The translations under genes and the position numbers were made by a program. The notes beneath the pieces are model-generated. The model ran no database searches. It was not told the DNA's origin and was given only the letters and a program-made list of their open reading frames with translations. Of a DNA stretch of 64,000 nt, positions 31,318 through 42,444 are shown piece after piece. The stretch comes from Gammaproteobacteria bacterium (GTDB taxonomy: Bacteria > Pseudomonadota > Gammaproteobacteria > UBA4575): the NCBI GenBank assembly GCA_965243395.1, contig CBDEUS010000001.1, positions 448,001 to 512,000 on the forward strand, given 5' to 3'. The first letter of the stretch is position 1; the number at the start of each line of letters is the position of its first letter.

Positions 31318-31590
31318 AGCCACCTCACAATTATCAAAATAGCTGACTCAAGTTTTAAGGCTTTTTGACGATATAGTTCAAATAAGAACCATCTTTGAAT
31401 CAATGAGTTGTAAAATTGCTCAAATTTTGTTCAAAAAGTGTGCTTTGTATACGCTGCATATTCTAGGAAATAAGCGTATAGTTAATATAACTAGAGGGGG
31501 TTATCTATATAGATAATCGACATTTCCACGGAAAACTTAATTCATATTTAAGTATCTAAATGTGCATCAAAGGATGTACGATAATCTTCG

Positions 31591-32874
31591 ATGAGTGACG
31601 ACATAACAACCAAGGATCAGGAAAGCGGAAAACTACTGTATTGCTCTTTTTGTGGAAAGAGTCAGCACGAAGTTCGTAAACTCATAGCGGGACCATCTGT
31701 ATTTATATGTGATGAATGTGTCGAGCTTTGTAACGACATAATTCGTGAGGAGATGCAAGATCAATCTCCTACCGGTACCACAAAACTTCCAAAGCCTGTA
31801 GAAATCAATTCGATTCTAGATGAATACGTAATTGGGCAAGACCGTGCCAAAAAAGTTTTATCTGTTGCGGTGTATAACCACTACAAACGTTTAGATGCAA
31901 AGACTGCAAGTAAGAATGCTGTTGAACTTGCAAAGAGTAATATACTTTTAGTTGGTCCAACCGGTTCTGGTAAAACGCTTCTTGCAGAAACCTTAGCGCG
32001 TTTATTAAATGTTCCTTTTACCATTGCAGATGCTACGACACTTACTGAAGCAGGATATGTTGGTGAAGATGTAGAGAATATTATTCAAAAGTTATTACAA
32101 AAGTGTGATTACGATGTAGACAAAGCACAAACTGGAATTGTTTACATAGATGAAATAGATAAGATTTCACGCAAGTCAGACAATCCATCGATTACCCGAG
32201 ATGTTTCAGGCGAAGGTGTGCAACAAGCGTTGCTTAAATTAATTGAAGGAACGATCGCGTCGGTACCTCCGCAAGGTGGTAGAAAACATCCACAACAAGA
32301 ATTTTTGCAAGTTGATACCAGTAATATTTTATTTATATGTGGTGGTGCATTCGCTGGATTAGATAAAGTTATTCGTGATCGAACTGAAAAAGGCGGTATT
32401 GGTTTTTCTGCGGAAGTTCGCAGTAAAGAAGATGCCGAAAATATTGGTGAGATTTTGCATAATGTAGAACCGGAAGATTTAATTCGTTACGGACTTATTC
32501 CTGAATTTGTTGGCCGCTTACCAGTCGTAGCAACATTAGAAGAACTTAACGAAGAAGCATTAGTACGTATTCTCACCGAACCTAAGAATGCCATTACAAA
32601 ACAATATAAACGTTTGTTTGAAATGGAAGGCGTAGACATTGAATTCCGAGAAAATGCATTGTATGCAGTTGCACGTAAAGCGATGGATCGCAAAACAGGA
32701 GCTCGGGGTTTGCGTACTATTTTAGAAAACGTATTGCTTGATACGATGTACGACCTGCCTTCACAGGACAGCATTAGCAAAGTGGTCGTAGACGAAGGTG
32801 TGATTATGGGTGATTCCAAGCCTTACCTCATCTATGAGGGCAGCGAATACGAAAAGGCCGCTTCTGACGACTAG
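31591..32874 (+). CDS. clpX: ATP-dependent Clp protease ATP-binding subunit
   Basis: C4 zinc finger, [19 protein letters not shown] loop. Confidence 0.98.
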   Translation: MSDDITTKDQESGKLLYCSFCGKSQHEVRKLIAGPSVFICDECVELCNDIIREEMQDQSPTGTTKLPKPVEINSILDEYVIGQDRAKKVLSVAVYNHYKRLDAKTASKNAVELAKSNILLVGPTGSGKTLLAETLARLLNVPFTIADATTLTEAGYVGEDVENIIQKLLQKCDYDVDKAQTGIVYIDEIDKISRKSDNPSITRDVSGEGVQQALLKLIEGTIASVPPQGGRKHPQQEFLQVDTSNILFICGGAFAGLDKVIRDRTEKGGIGFSAEVRSKEDAENIGEILHNVEPEDLIRYGLIPEFVGRLPVVATLEELNEEALVRILTEPKNAITKQYKRLFEMEGVDIEFRENALYAVARKAMDRKTGARGLRTILENVLLDTMYDLPSQDSISKVVVDEGVIMGDSKPYLIYEGSEYEKAASDD

Positions 32875-32884
32875 GTGTTCAAAA

Positions 32885-32913
32885 ATTGAGCAAATACCCC
32901 TATTTAGCTCAAT
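32885..32913 (+). terminator. hairpin downstream of clpX
   Basis: ATTGAGC-AAATA-CCCC-TATTT-A-GCTCAAT inverted repeat; no clear U-tract. Confidence 0.4.
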
Positions 32914-32938
32914 AATATGTACAGTCAGCCACGCTGGC

Positions 32939-32967
32939 CTTGAATTGCCGGTGAAATATCCCCATAT
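32939..32967 (+). promoter_or_regulatory. sigma32 (RpoH) heat-shock promoter of lon
   Basis: CTTGAA-N15-CCCCATAT matches the RpoH consensus and lies upstream of lon. Confidence 0.85.
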
Positions 32968-33054
32968 TTTGGGCAATCAGACAAATTTCTCTGAACTTCA
33001 CAATCAATCGATTTATCCAACTAAATCATGACCTCAGTTAGGTGAACTAGAAAT

Positions 33055-35505
33055 ATGAGCGAAGATTCAATATCAAAGGATGAAGTAACCATGTCGAATC
33101 AGACCGTACCGGTATTACCCCTGCGCGATGTTGTGGTGTATCCACACATGGTCATTCCTTTATTTGTTGGCCGTGAGAAATCCATTCAAGCATTGGATGC
33201 GGCAATGTCTGATAACAAACAAATTTTATTAGTTGCACAAAAAAGTGCTGATATTGATGATCCGCAAATCAATGAGATTCATCAAATAGGAACACTCTCA
33301 ACCATTTTGCAATTGCTTAAGTTACCTGATGGCACCATCAAAGTACTGGTAGAAGGCGTAGAACGTGCTGAAGTTAAAAATTATCTAGAAGATCAAGAGT
33401 TTTTTACAGCAGATATAACATTAATTGAAAATGATGAAGCTGAAGATGAAAAAGAACTTGAAGTACTTGCACGCTCGGTAACAAATTTATTTGAGCAATA
33501 TGTCAAGCTTAATAAGAAAGTACCACCAGAAGTATTAACTTCTTTAGCAGGTATCGATGAGCCTTCGCGTCTTGCGGATACCATTGCAGCACACATGTCA
33601 TTAAAGTTGGATGAAAAACAACATGTATTGGAAATTAGAACTGTACAACTGCGATTAGAACATCTGATTAGCTTAATTGAAGGCGAATTAGACGTTTTAC
33701 AAATCGAAAAACGTATTCGTGGTCGTGTAAAACAGCAAATGGAAAAATCTCAACGTGAGTACTATTTGAATGAGCAAATGAAAGCCATTCAAAAAGAACT
33801 TGGTGAGATGGAAGAAGCGCCTAATGAAGTAGACGAGCTTGCTGAAAAAATCGAAAAAGCTGGCATGTCTAAAGAGGCAAAAGAAAAAGCTGATGCTGAA
33901 CTGAATAAACTAAAAATGATGTCGCCTATGTCGGCTGAAGCGACAGTAGTGCGCAACTACATTGACTGGTTAGTAGGTGTTCCTTGGAAGAAAAAGTCTA
34001 AGGTACGAAATGATCTTGTAAAAGCAGAAGAAATTCTAGAAGAAGATCATTATGGTCTGGAAAAAGTTAAAGAACGTATTCTTGAATATTTAGCTGTCCA
34101 GCAACGTGTCAAGAAGTCTAAAGGACCTATTCTTTGCCTAGTAGGACCACCGGGTGTTGGTAAAACATCTATCGGTAAATCGATCGCGCGTGCAACGAAT
34201 CGCAAGTTTTCTCGCATGTCTTTGGGAGGTGTGCGCGATGAAGCTGAAATTCGTGGCCATCGCAGAACCTACATTGGTTCCTTGCCAGGCAAGATCATTC
34301 AGAATCTTTCCAAGGTGGGTGTGCGCAATCCATTATTTTTGTTAGATGAAATTGACAAAATGGCAATGGATTTTCGTGGAGACCCTGCTTCTGCAATGTT
34401 AGAAGTGTTAGACCCTGAACAAAACCATACCTTTGCTGATCATTATTTAGAAGTAGATTACGATCTATCTGATGTAATGTTTGTAGCTACAGCGAATACC
34501 TTAAATATTCCTGGACCATTGTTGGATCGTATGGAAGTGATTCGACTTCCCGGTTATACCGAAGACGAAAAGAAAAATATTGCTATCCGTTATCTTATTC
34601 CAAAGCAATTTAAAGCGAATGGTCTTAAAGAAGATGAGATTCTTATTTCGGAATCAACGGTGCGAGATATTATTCGATACTACACCCGCGAAGCAGGTGT
34701 GCGTAATTTGGAAAGAGAAATTTCTAAAATTTGTCGTAAGGTTGTTAAGTCTATTGTACTTAATAAAGATAAAACTAAAGACAAATCAAGAATTACGATT
34801 ACACCGAGAAGTTTAGAAAAATATCTTGGTGTAAAACGATTCCGTTATGGCTTGGCTGAAGATAACGATCAAGTGGGCCAAGTTACTGGCTTGGCTTGGA
34901 CCGAGGTTGGCGGTGAGCTGCTTACTATCGAGGCTGTTGTGGTCCCTGGTAAAGGTAAGACGAGTCGCACGGGTCAATTGGAAGATGTTATGCAGGAATC
35001 CATTCAGGTTGCGCATACTGTCGTACGAAGCCGATCTTCTGTTCTTGGTATTGACCAGGATTTCTATGAAAAAGCCGACATCCATATCCACGTTCCGGAA
35101 GGTGCAGTGAAAAAAGACGGTCCTAGCGCGGGTATCGGCATGACCACGGCAATCGTTTCATCGCTCACAAAAATACCTGTTCGTGCAGATGTTGCAATGA
35201 CGGGTGAAATTACTTTACGCGGTGAAGTGCTGCCCATTGGTGGTCTTAAAGAGAAACTTTTGGCCGCTCACCGAGGTGAAATTAAAACGGTTCTTATTCC
35301 TAAAGAGAATGAAAAAGATTTAAGTGAGATTCCGAAGAATATCAAGCAAAAGCTTGAAATCATTCCAGTTCAATGGATTGATGAAGTACTTCAAGTAGCG
35401 CTGGTAAAGATGCCAGAACCTCTGGATGATGCGGATACGGTCGATAGTATTACTGCAAAACGTAAAAAAACGACAGCAAAAAACAAGCCCGTACAGGCAC
35501 ATTAG
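33055..35505 (+). CDS. lon: endopeptidase La
   Basis: [25 protein letters not shown] catalytic Ser, IGGLKEK. Confidence 0.98.
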   Translation: MSEDSISKDEVTMSNQTVPVLPLRDVVVYPHMVIPLFVGREKSIQALDAAMSDNKQILLVAQKSADIDDPQINEIHQIGTLSTILQLLKLPDGTIKVLVEGVERAEVKNYLEDQEFFTADITLIENDEAEDEKELEVLARSVTNLFEQYVKLNKKVPPEVLTSLAGIDEPSRLADTIAAHMSLKLDEKQHVLEIRTVQLRLEHLISLIEGELDVLQIEKRIRGRVKQQMEKSQREYYLNEQMKAIQKELGEMEEAPNEVDELAEKIEKAGMSKEAKEKADAELNKLKMMSPMSAEATVVRNYIDWLVGVPWKKKSKVRNDLVKAEEILEEDHYGLEKVKERILEYLAVQQRVKKSKGPILCLVGPPGVGKTSIGKSIARATNRKFSRMSLGGVRDEAEIRGHRRTYIGSLPGKIIQNLSKVGVRNPLFLLDEIDKMAMDFRGDPASAMLEVLDPEQNHTFADHYLEVDYDLSDVMFVATANTLNIPGPLLDRMEVIRLPGYTEDEKKNIAIRYLIPKQFKANGLKEDEILISESTVRDIIRYYTREAGVRNLEREISKICRKVVKSIVLNKDKTKDKSRITITPRSLEKYLGVKRFRYGLAEDNDQVGQVTGLAWTEVGGELLTIEAVVVPGKGKTSRTGQLEDVMQESIQVAHTVVRSRSSVLGIDQDFYEKADIHIHVPEGAVKKDGPSAGIGMTTAIVSSLTKIPVRADVAMTGEITLRGEVLPIGGLKEKLLAAHRGEIKTVLIPKENEKDLSEIPKNIKQKLEIIPVQWIDEVLQVALVKMPEPLDDADTVDSITAKRKKTTAKNKPVQAH

Positions 35506-35552
35506 TCGCAAACTCTCAAGTAAATTTGTTGTAAATAAAGGCGTTTCCGTAG

Positions 35553-35582
35553 TTGACTTGCTTCGGAAGCGCTTGGTATAAC
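35553..35582 (+). promoter_or_regulatory. sigma70 promoter upstream of hupB
   Basis: TTGACT-N18-TATAAC with extended -10 TG. Confidence 0.65.
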
Positions 35583-35756
35583 ATCTGCGTTTAATGATCT
35601 AAACAACTACGCGATCAACATCAACATACAACGACCAAACTTGTTCTTTTCTGCCCATCTCGTGTGGTGTGAGATTATCGAACTAATGTCTCTACAATTT
35701 ATTTCAACGTACAGCCTTAACAGGTTGTATCAACCTATATAGGGGAGCATGGCTCA

Positions 35757-36029
35757 ATGAATAAATCGGAACTTGCAGACGCCGTAGCAGCAGCGGCAGA
35801 TCTTTCTAAAGCAGATGGTGCCAGAGCACTGGATGCAGTTATAGATTCCATCACCAATGCGCTTAAAAGCGGTGATACTGTCTCACTCGTAGGTTTTGGA
35901 ACCTTTCAGGTGAAACAGCGTAATGCGCGCCAAGGCCGTAACCCTCGTACGGGCGAAACAATCCAAATCGCGGCCTCTAAAGTACCTAGTTTCAAAGCTG
36001 GCAAAGGCCTAAAGGATGCCGTAAACTAG
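35757..36029 (+). CDS. hupB: DNA-binding protein HU
   Basis: MNKSEL, VGFGTF and GRNPRTGE motifs; lon-hupB-ppiD synteny. Confidence 0.96.
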   Translation: MNKSELADAVAAAADLSKADGARALDAVIDSITNALKSGDTVSLVGFGTFQVKQRNARQGRNPRTGETIQIAASKVPSFKAGKGLKDAVN

Positions 36030-36040
36030 CGCGCCTTTTG

Positions 36041-36116
36041 GGGTGCTTAGCTCAGCTGGTAGAGCGTCGCCCTTACAAGGCGGATGTCGGGGGTTCGAAT
36101 CCCTCAGCACCCACCA
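36041..36116 (+). tRNA. tRNA-Val(TAC)
   Basis: GGGTGCT/AGCACCC stem, CTTACAA anticodon loop, CCA end. Confidence 0.97.
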
Positions 36117-36124
36117 AGCATGAC

Positions 36125-36201
36125 GGAGTGGTAGTTCAGCTGGTTAGAATACCGGCCTGTCACGCCGGGGGTCGCGGGTTCGAATCCCGTCCACTCCGCC
36201 A
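36125..36201 (+). tRNA. tRNA-Asp(GTC)
   Basis: GGAGTGG/CCACTCC stem, CTGTCAC anticodon loop, CCA end. Confidence 0.97.
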
Positions 36202-36302
36202 TTTATTTCCCGAAAAATAAATAGCGCACGAAGCTATGCATAACTGAAGCGTACAAATGGAAAAAAGTTGAACGGTAAGAAGTACTAAAGAAAAACTAAA
36301 TC

Positions 36303-38228
36303 ATGCTTCAAGATATTCGAGATCGAGCCACGAGCTGGGTGGCTTACATTATTATTGGCTTACTAATATTGTCGTTTGCGTTATGGGGCATAGGGGAATA
36401 TTTTGGTGGCGGTCCTGCTCGACCCGTTGCCACTGTAAATGGCAATGACATCACCTCGCAACAATTTAATCAGCAAGTTCAGCAGCGTAAGCAAGTATTG
36501 CAATCTATTCTCGGTGAAAATTACCAGCAACAATATCCGGATGAAAGCATTGTGCGCCAACAGGTTATTCAAGACATGGTGCGCACTGAATTGTTACGAC
36601 AGGAAGTGAATGATGCGGGTTTTGAAATTAGCGATGCAAATCTTGTTAGACGTATTCAGCAAATTCCACAATTCCAACAAGATGGAAAATTTGATCCTGA
36701 GCTCTATAGACGCTTATTAGAATCACAACGATTGAACAAAGCGCAGTGGGAAAATGAGTTGCGCGAGCAAGATAAACTAAATCAGTTTGAAAATACGGTT
36801 GCAGCTTCATCCTTTATCCCCAAAGCAGAATTACAACGCTTTCAGTCTATTTCAGAACAAACACGCGATTTCAAATATGCCTTAGTAAGCGTGCAGACTG
36901 ATAATGTAAGCGTCTCTGATGATGAAATAGAAAAATACTTCGAAGAAAACAAACAGTTCTATCAAACTCCTGAACAAATCAAATTTTCATATATTGAATT
37001 AAAAGAACAGGATATTGCAGATAGTACAAATGTAAGTGATGAAGATGCGAAACAAATTTATGAATCGCAGCTTGAGCGTTATATGTCTGCAGAATTACGC
37101 AAAGCACGTCATATCATGTTTAAAGTTCCAACAGAGCTTGGCGCAGACGCTCTGGAGTGGGATGAAGCCATGGAAAAGGCCAATGATCTGGTCCAGCAAC
37201 TAAAGGACGGTGCTGATTTTACGGAGCTCGCCAAACAATATTCTGAAGATACCCTGTCTGCCGAAAAAGGTGGTGATATGGGCTTCATCGCCCCGGGAGA
37301 TTTCACCAACAAAGGGCTAGAGGATGCGTTGTTTGCACTTGAAGTAGGTGAAAACAGCAAGGCAATACGTACCGAGCAGGGAGTGCAGATTTTACAGCTC
37401 ACCGAGATCCAGGAATCTGAACAGGAATCTTTTGAATCAGTGCGTGAAAAAATCATTAACGAACGTAAGAGCCAGATTGCACAAGAACGTTTCATTGAGG
37501 TTGCAGATGAAATTGCAAATTTAGTCGTTGAGCAACCTGATGATCTACAGGAAGCATCGGAAAGTTTTGATTTGAGCATTAAACAAACCGGGTTTTTAAA
37601 CTCTGGTAGTAATGATGAAATCTTTGCTTATCCTAAAATCAAAAATGTCGCTTTTTCTAATGATATTCTGGTTGAAAGACTCAACAGTGATCTTATTCAA
37701 GTCGCTGATGGTCATGTCATTGCGTTTCGCGTGTCCGAACATAAAGAATCTGAACAAAAGCCACTGGCTGATGTAAAAAATGATATTCAAACATTGTTAA
37801 GTGTGCGCAAAGCGGCAGATAACGCATCTAAGCAAGGTTCAGAACTGTTTCTAAAACTCAAAGGCGGGGCAAGTCTGGATGCACTTGCAAGTGAAAATGA
37901 TTTAGAAATAATCAGTCATGGCTCAATTCGTCGTGATGATAATCGTGTGCCTTTTCAGATTAGTGATCGTGCATTTTCATTAGAGAAGCCAGCAGAGGGT
38001 AAAACCAGTGTGGATGGTGTCGCTCAACCTGATGGAAGTTATGCGCTTATTGAATTAAGTGCTGTCACACCGGGATCTACAGAAGTGGATGACACGCAAA
38101 TGCAACAACTTTCTCAACGTGTGAATTATGGGCGCCGGGAGTTTTCCGCAATTATTGATGCCATTCAAGAAAATGGCGATGTAGTCATTTATGAAAGTCA
38201 GGTGTCAGAGTCGAGTGCTAATTATTAG
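36303..38228 (+). CDS. ppiD: membrane-anchored periplasmic chaperone PpiD
   Basis: N-terminal TM helix, SurA-like N domain, parvulin motifs (ARHIM, FTELAKQYSED, KGGDMG). Confidence 0.93.
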   Translation: MLQDIRDRATSWVAYIIIGLLILSFALWGIGEYFGGGPARPVATVNGNDITSQQFNQQVQQRKQVLQSILGENYQQQYPDESIVRQQVIQDMVRTELLRQEVNDAGFEISDANLVRRIQQIPQFQQDGKFDPELYRRLLESQRLNKAQWENELREQDKLNQFENTVAASSFIPKAELQRFQSISEQTRDFKYALVSVQTDNVSVSDDEIEKYFEENKQFYQTPEQIKFSYIELKEQDIADSTNVSDEDAKQIYESQLERYMSAELRKARHIMFKVPTELGADALEWDEAMEKANDLVQQLKDGADFTELAKQYSEDTLSAEKGGDMGFIAPGDFTNKGLEDALFALEVGENSKAIRTEQGVQILQLTEIQESEQESFESVREKIINERKSQIAQERFIEVADEIANLVVEQPDDLQEASESFDLSIKQTGFLNSGSNDEIFAYPKIKNVAFSNDILVERLNSDLIQVADGHVIAFRVSEHKESEQKPLADVKNDIQTLLSVRKAADNASKQGSELFLKLKGGASLDALASENDLEIISHGSIRRDDNRVPFQISDRAFSLEKPAEGKTSVDGVAQPDGSYALIELSAVTPGSTEVDDTQMQQLSQRVNYGRREFSAIIDAIQENGDVVIYESQVSESSANY

Positions 38229-38316
38229 CCGGAATTAATCCTCAATTTATTTATTCTACAAAGAATGAATAAATTAATTTTCTCTATCCTTACTAAGTAA
38301 AGTATACTAGCGCCCC

Positions 38317-39582
38317 ATGCAGCTTAAGCTACATTGGCAAATTCTTATTGCACTGTTGCTAGCAGTGTTGGTTGGTTGGCTGGTCAGTCCTGATACCAGT
38401 TTCCTGGGTGTTTCTTTAGTTTCCGTTTTTGATTTTGTAGGCAAGCTTTTTCTCAATGCCTTGAAGATGATCATCGTGCCGTTGATTGTTTCCTCCATCA
38501 TTATGGGAGTGAGCAATTTAGGTTCAGGTGAATCCTTTGGGCGTTTAGGTGGAAAAACGCTTGGTTATTATGTGGTGACGAGCACCTTCGCGATTTTAGT
38601 TGGCATTACTGTAGTCAATATCATTCAACCAGGCATCGTAGATGGTGAACCTGCGAAAGACATGTTGGGATTGAGTACAGATACCAGTGAAGTTATGCAA
38701 AAAGTAGAAGGTAAATCTGCAGGAGACGTTGTCGGTATATTCTTGCGCATGATCCCAACCAACGTTGTGCATGCTGCGGCTCAAGGACAAATGCTCGGGA
38801 TTATCTTTTTCAGCTTATTGTTTGGTTTCTTCATGACCAAAATTAAAATGGATTTGGGGAACACCTTAAGAGGTTTTTGGGAAGGTGTGTTTGAAGTGAT
38901 GATGCTCATTACAGATTTGGTAATGAAGTTTGCGCCTATCGGAGTGTTTGCATTGGTGGCAAAAGTGGTTACCGTTTCAGGCTTTGACGCGTTTAAGCCA
39001 TTGCTGACATTTTTCTTTACCGTCATTATCGCGTTGCTCATTCACATTGTTATTATCATGCCGTTGTTACTACGTTTTGTAGGCAGAGTAAGCCCGCTCA
39101 AGCACTATCAAGCCATGGCACCGGCATTACTCACGGCATTTTCTACTGCATCATCTTCTGCGACCTTACCCGTTACTATGGATTGTGTTGAAGACCGTGC
39201 AGGTGTATCCAACCGCGTAACCAGTTTTGTTTTGCCATTGGGCGCTACGGTTAATATGGATGGTACGGCTTTGTATGAATGTGTGGCTGCAATTTTTATT
39301 GCACAAGCCTATGGGTTGGATTTAACACTTGGTACTCAAGTGACAATTGTTATTCTTGCACTGATGACATCCATTGGTGTTGCAGGTATTCCTTCCGCAA
39401 GTTTAGTCGCAATTGCCATCATATTAGCTGCCATTGGTTTACCAGCAGAAGGTATCGGTTTAATTTTGGCAGTCGATAGGGTGTTGGATATGTGCAGAAC
39501 CGCAGTGAACGTGTTCAGTGATTCATGTGGTGCAGTTATTATTGGGCGCACAGAAGGAGAGAAGGGTATTCTCCAAGCTTAG
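38317..39582 (+). CDS. dicarboxylate/amino acid:cation symporter (DAACS, GltP/GltT-like)
   Basis: AFSTASSSATLP, GATVNMDGT and DMCRTAVN motifs. Confidence 0.93.
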   Translation: MQLKLHWQILIALLLAVLVGWLVSPDTSFLGVSLVSVFDFVGKLFLNALKMIIVPLIVSSIIMGVSNLGSGESFGRLGGKTLGYYVVTSTFAILVGITVVNIIQPGIVDGEPAKDMLGLSTDTSEVMQKVEGKSAGDVVGIFLRMIPTNVVHAAAQGQMLGIIFFSLLFGFFMTKIKMDLGNTLRGFWEGVFEVMMLITDLVMKFAPIGVFALVAKVVTVSGFDAFKPLLTFFFTVIIALLIHIVIIMPLLLRFVGRVSPLKHYQAMAPALLTAFSTASSSATLPVTMDCVEDRAGVSNRVTSFVLPLGATVNMDGTALYECVAAIFIAQAYGLDLTLGTQVTIVILALMTSIGVAGIPSASLVAIAIILAAIGLPAEGIGLILAVDRVLDMCRTAVNVFSDSCGAVIIGRTEGEKGILQA

Positions 39583-39648
39583 GTTGCAGGTTGGTTTCTA
39601 AATAGCAGTGTTTTACTACTAAATCCAGTTTATTAGTTATACTTAAAA

Positions 39649-40371
39649 GTGAAACCAACAATCGTCTTACTGCCTGGCTTTGATGGTTCAGGGCGTTTGT
39701 TCTCACCACTTCATAAAGAATTATCTGAATCTGTTAATACAATTGTTCTTTCTTATCCAAGTGATAAGGTCATGACGTATTATGATTTGTGTCATTACTT
39801 AAAAAATGAGTTACCGGATTCACCTTATGTCATTTTAGGTGAATCTTTTGGTGGGCCGTTGGCCTTGATGCTTTCAAAACATGCAGGAGAAAACTTAAAA
39901 GGCATTATTTTGTGTGTCTCGTTTGTGAAAAACCCTCAAGTGTTATTCTCGAAGTTTATCCGACCCTTTCTAAAACCAAAGCACTTGCAAAAAGAAACAC
40001 CCGCCGTGTATATCAAAACCATGCTCACTAATGGTGTAGCGGATGCGAAACTGATTAAAAATATTCAGGCTGCCACGCGTGAATTAACGCGTGATGTGTA
40101 TTTTTATCGGCTACGAGAAATTGCAGATGTAGACGTAACCGATATTCTGGAAAAATGTGAGTTACCTATTTTATATCTTCGAGCAAAAAAAGATCGCTTG
40201 GTATATGAAAGCTCCATGAAATGGATTCAAGAAAAGGGAAAAAACGTAGCAGTTGAATATTTCGATGCGCCACACATGTTGCTACAAACTCAACCCAAGC
40301 AAGCAGCTAGGGTTATTCAAAAGTTTTTGGGTGAATGTATAAAAGATAAAAGGGCCAACTTAATGAGTTAG
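39649..40371 (+). CDS. alpha/beta hydrolase
   Basis: LPGFDGSG, GESFGG nucleophile elbow, C-terminal APH. Confidence 0.88.
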   Translation: MKPTIVLLPGFDGSGRLFSPLHKELSESVNTIVLSYPSDKVMTYYDLCHYLKNELPDSPYVILGESFGGPLALMLSKHAGENLKGIILCVSFVKNPQVLFSKFIRPFLKPKHLQKETPAVYIKTMLTNGVADAKLIKNIQAATRELTRDVYFYRLREIADVDVTDILEKCELPILYLRAKKDRLVYESSMKWIQEKGKNVAVEYFDAPHMLLQTQPKQAARVIQKFLGECIKDKRANLMS

Positions 40372-40382
40372 CCCTTATTATC
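40345..40382. terminator. possible bidirectional hairpin between convergent genes
   Basis: GATAA-AAGGGC-CAACT...AGTTA-GCCCTT-A-TTATC imperfect inverted repeat. Confidence 0.45.
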
Positions 40383-40400
40383 CTCGCTTGCTAGTTTAGG

Positions 40401-40880
40401 TTACTCAATAGATCGCATATGTCGATGCCTCACATCATCATGCTGCATCATTTGTTCCATCATCTTATGCATGGTCTCCATGCGATGCTCCATACGATCC
40501 AGACGAGCATGTTCATCCATCTTTCCTTTGACTTGCTCATCGCTTTTATTTCCTCTGTGCATCATACCCATTCTTCCATTACCGTCTCTACCATGCATCA
40601 TACGCATGCCTTCATGCATGCTTTGACGATGCGCCTGCATGAGTATCCTGCGTTTTTCAGGGTCTTTTTCTGCATGAATAGCTTGCATTTGAGCATGCAT
40701 TGCCTCCATATGATTACTCATCTCTTCAGAATCCCAAGAACCCATTCGGCATCCCTGACGATATGAATCAGACTGTTTTTCATCTCTATCATCTTCTGAT
40801 GCATATACGGTTAATGTAGCTGCGGACAATGCACTGATGGAAAATATTAGAACTGCTATCGTTAATTTTTTCATCTTCAT
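40401..40880 (-). CDS. secreted Met/His-rich helical protein (putative metal-binding)
   Basis: Signal peptide; about 24 Met and 13 His in 159 aa by hand count; DPEKRRILMQAH motif. Confidence 0.8.
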   Translation of the reverse strand: MKMKKLTIAVLIFSISALSAATLTVYASEDDRDEKQSDSYRQGCRMGSWDSEEMSNHMEAMHAQMQAIHAEKDPEKRRILMQAHRQSMHEGMRMMHGRDGNGRMGMMHRGNKSDEQVKGKMDEHARLDRMEHRMETMHKMMEQMMQHDDVRHRHMRSIE

Positions 40881-40935
40881 CTATTCCACATGATTTAGTA
40901 ATGGTTCATGTTTGCATTTCCCATAACGGATTCGC

Positions 40936-40949
40936 TTGATGTAAATCAA
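40936..40949. promoter_or_regulatory. FNR/ANR/DNR-type binding site
   Basis: Perfect TTGAT-GTAA-ATCAA upstream of the Met/His-rich gene. Confidence 0.8.
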
Positions 40950-41001
40950 AAAAATTACGTTTATTCGTATCTACGAAAAATTAGAGAAATTTAAAGCTTT
41001 A

Positions 41002-41328
41002 CTACGAAAAAATGATAGTAAGCAGAATGACGGAGTCTTCAACGGCTTTCACCGAATGGGGTTCACCCGGCATAAGGTGTATTAATTGATCGTAATTAAT
41101 TTCCTGCGTAAGTCCCATTGCTGTTATAGCTATTTTTCCGGCAATACAATGTATGGTTATAGGGCCAACCACTTTGTGATTGGGAATACCTTTGCCGGAA
41201 GGCAACACCATTCTAATCAACTCCATTTCGTCTGTTTTGACAATGGCTTTAGTATGTTCTTGGGGTAAGTCTGCAGCCCACGTTTGTAAGTCTACAACTT
41301 CACCCGGTTCTGCATGGTGTGTTGCCAT
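41002..41328 (-). CDS. cupin-domain protein
   Basis: IPNHKVVGPITIHCIAG and GEPHSVKA cupin motifs. Confidence 0.85.
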   Translation of the reverse strand: MATHHAEPGEVVDLQTWAADLPQEHTKAIVKTDEMELIRMVLPSGKGIPNHKVVGPITIHCIAGKIAITAMGLTQEINYDQLIHLMPGEPHSVKAVEDSVILLTIIFS

Positions 41329-41362
41329 ACGCTTTAGTGTACGCCTGTTTTAGTCTTTTACA

Positions 41363-41376
41363 TTGATTTAAATCAG
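41363..41376. promoter_or_regulatory. FNR-type binding site (one mismatch)
   Basis: TTGAT-TTAA-ATCAG centred 41.5 nt upstream of the cupin ATG; TACACT -10 on the minus strand at 41341-41336. Confidence 0.7.
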
Positions 41377-41440
41377 AATGCCCCAATACTAATAAATATA
41401 GTATTTAAAGTTCATTAAATTTGTAATGTAGGAGATGGTT

Positions 41441-41806
41441 ATGTTTGAAGTAGTGAGAAATGGTACGAATCGACTGGACATCAACTTTGGCGGGAAACTT
41501 GGCAAAGATGAGATGAAAGTTGCTCTGGATGAACTTTTTAATAGTGGGAAAGACATCGAAAATGGTCGGATGTTATATCGCATAGATGATTTTGAGCTGC
41601 CAACCTTGGGTGCGATGGGTGTTGAATTTTCACGCCTGCCTGAAGCATTCAGATTTATTAAGAAATTTGATCGTGCTGCGGTATTAGTCGATAAAAAATG
41701 GGTTAAGAAAGCAAGTGAAATTGAAGGTGCGCTCATCCCGGGTTTAAAAATTAAAGCATTTGATTTAGATCAAGAGCCTGAAGCTGAGGCATGGCTTGCA
41801 AGTTAG
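41441..41806 (+). CDS. STAS/SEC14 (SpoIIAA-like) domain protein
   Basis: GKL...M, FDRAAVL.DKKW, IKAF...EAEAWL pattern; GGAG upstream of ATG 41441. Confidence 0.8.
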   Translation: MFEVVRNGTNRLDINFGGKLGKDEMKVALDELFNSGKDIENGRMLYRIDDFELPTLGAMGVEFSRLPEAFRFIKKFDRAAVLVDKKWVKKASEIEGALIPGLKIKAFDLDQEPEAEAWLAS

Positions 41807-41815
41807 TGAAACTTA

Positions 41816-42022
41816 ATGAAGCAGGGAATTGTTGGGTATCATTTGGATGAAGAGGATCACTGGGTTGCAGAATTGGAGTGTGGCCATTTTCAGCATGTTC
41901 GTCATAACCCACCCATGGTAATTCGTCCTTGGGTGTTAACAAAAGAAGGGCGTGAAGAAATGTTGGGCTATAGGCTTGAATGCAAAAAGTGCGATGCAGG
42001 TGCACCCAGAGATTCACAATAA
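41816..42022 (+). CDS. DUF3565-family small protein
   Basis: HWVAELECGHFQHVRHNPP...CKKCD. Confidence 0.85.
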   Translation: MKQGIVGYHLDEEDHWVAELECGHFQHVRHNPPMVIRPWVLTKEGREEMLGYRLECKKCDAGAPRDSQ

Positions 42023-42025
42023 TAT

Positions 42026-42343
42026 TTAAGGTAGCTGCATAATCTCCGCAACTTCGATTGTTGCAGTTTCCATGTTTAGAAAAGGGCAGGTCTTTGCAAT
42101 CTCAAGCACGACATCCATGCTTTCGGCTTTTATAACGGAATAACCCATTAGTGGATTTGCACCACCGTGGTCTTCCACCCCATCAATACTTACAGTTTTG
42201 GACATACCAACCGGTGATCCGGGATTAATCATTTGATCGCCAAGGTCTGCGATCCATTTATTCCATTTTTCCATTTCTTTGGCACCTTCTTCAGGGGATT
42301 CCGGTGCTTTCCCGCCATGATAAGCAAATATATATTCAGGCAT
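42026..42343 (-). CDS. YciI-like protein
   Basis: W.KWI..LG...G.P, GYSVIKAES...A..CP, IEVAE; GAGGAGG SD. Confidence 0.8.
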   Translation of the reverse strand: MPEYIFAYHGGKAPESPEEGAKEMEKWNKWIADLGDQMINPGSPVGMSKTVSIDGVEDHGGANPLMGYSVIKAESMDVVLEIAKTCPFLNMETATIEVAEIMQLP

Positions 42344-42444
42344 GGTAATTCCTCCTCTTTTAATTATATTTTAGTATTTACTATAGTACTCTTTTATTAA
42401 TTTTCAATTACGAACTCAATTTTATTCTTCTATTTTATTCCTCT

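Noticed and set aside
36038-36220. 60-aa ORF
   Set aside because: It is a translation of tRNA-Val and tRNA-Asp.
40419-40766. His-rich plus-strand ORF
   Set aside because: Antisense of the ATG-rich Met/His gene, which has the signal peptide and FNR box.
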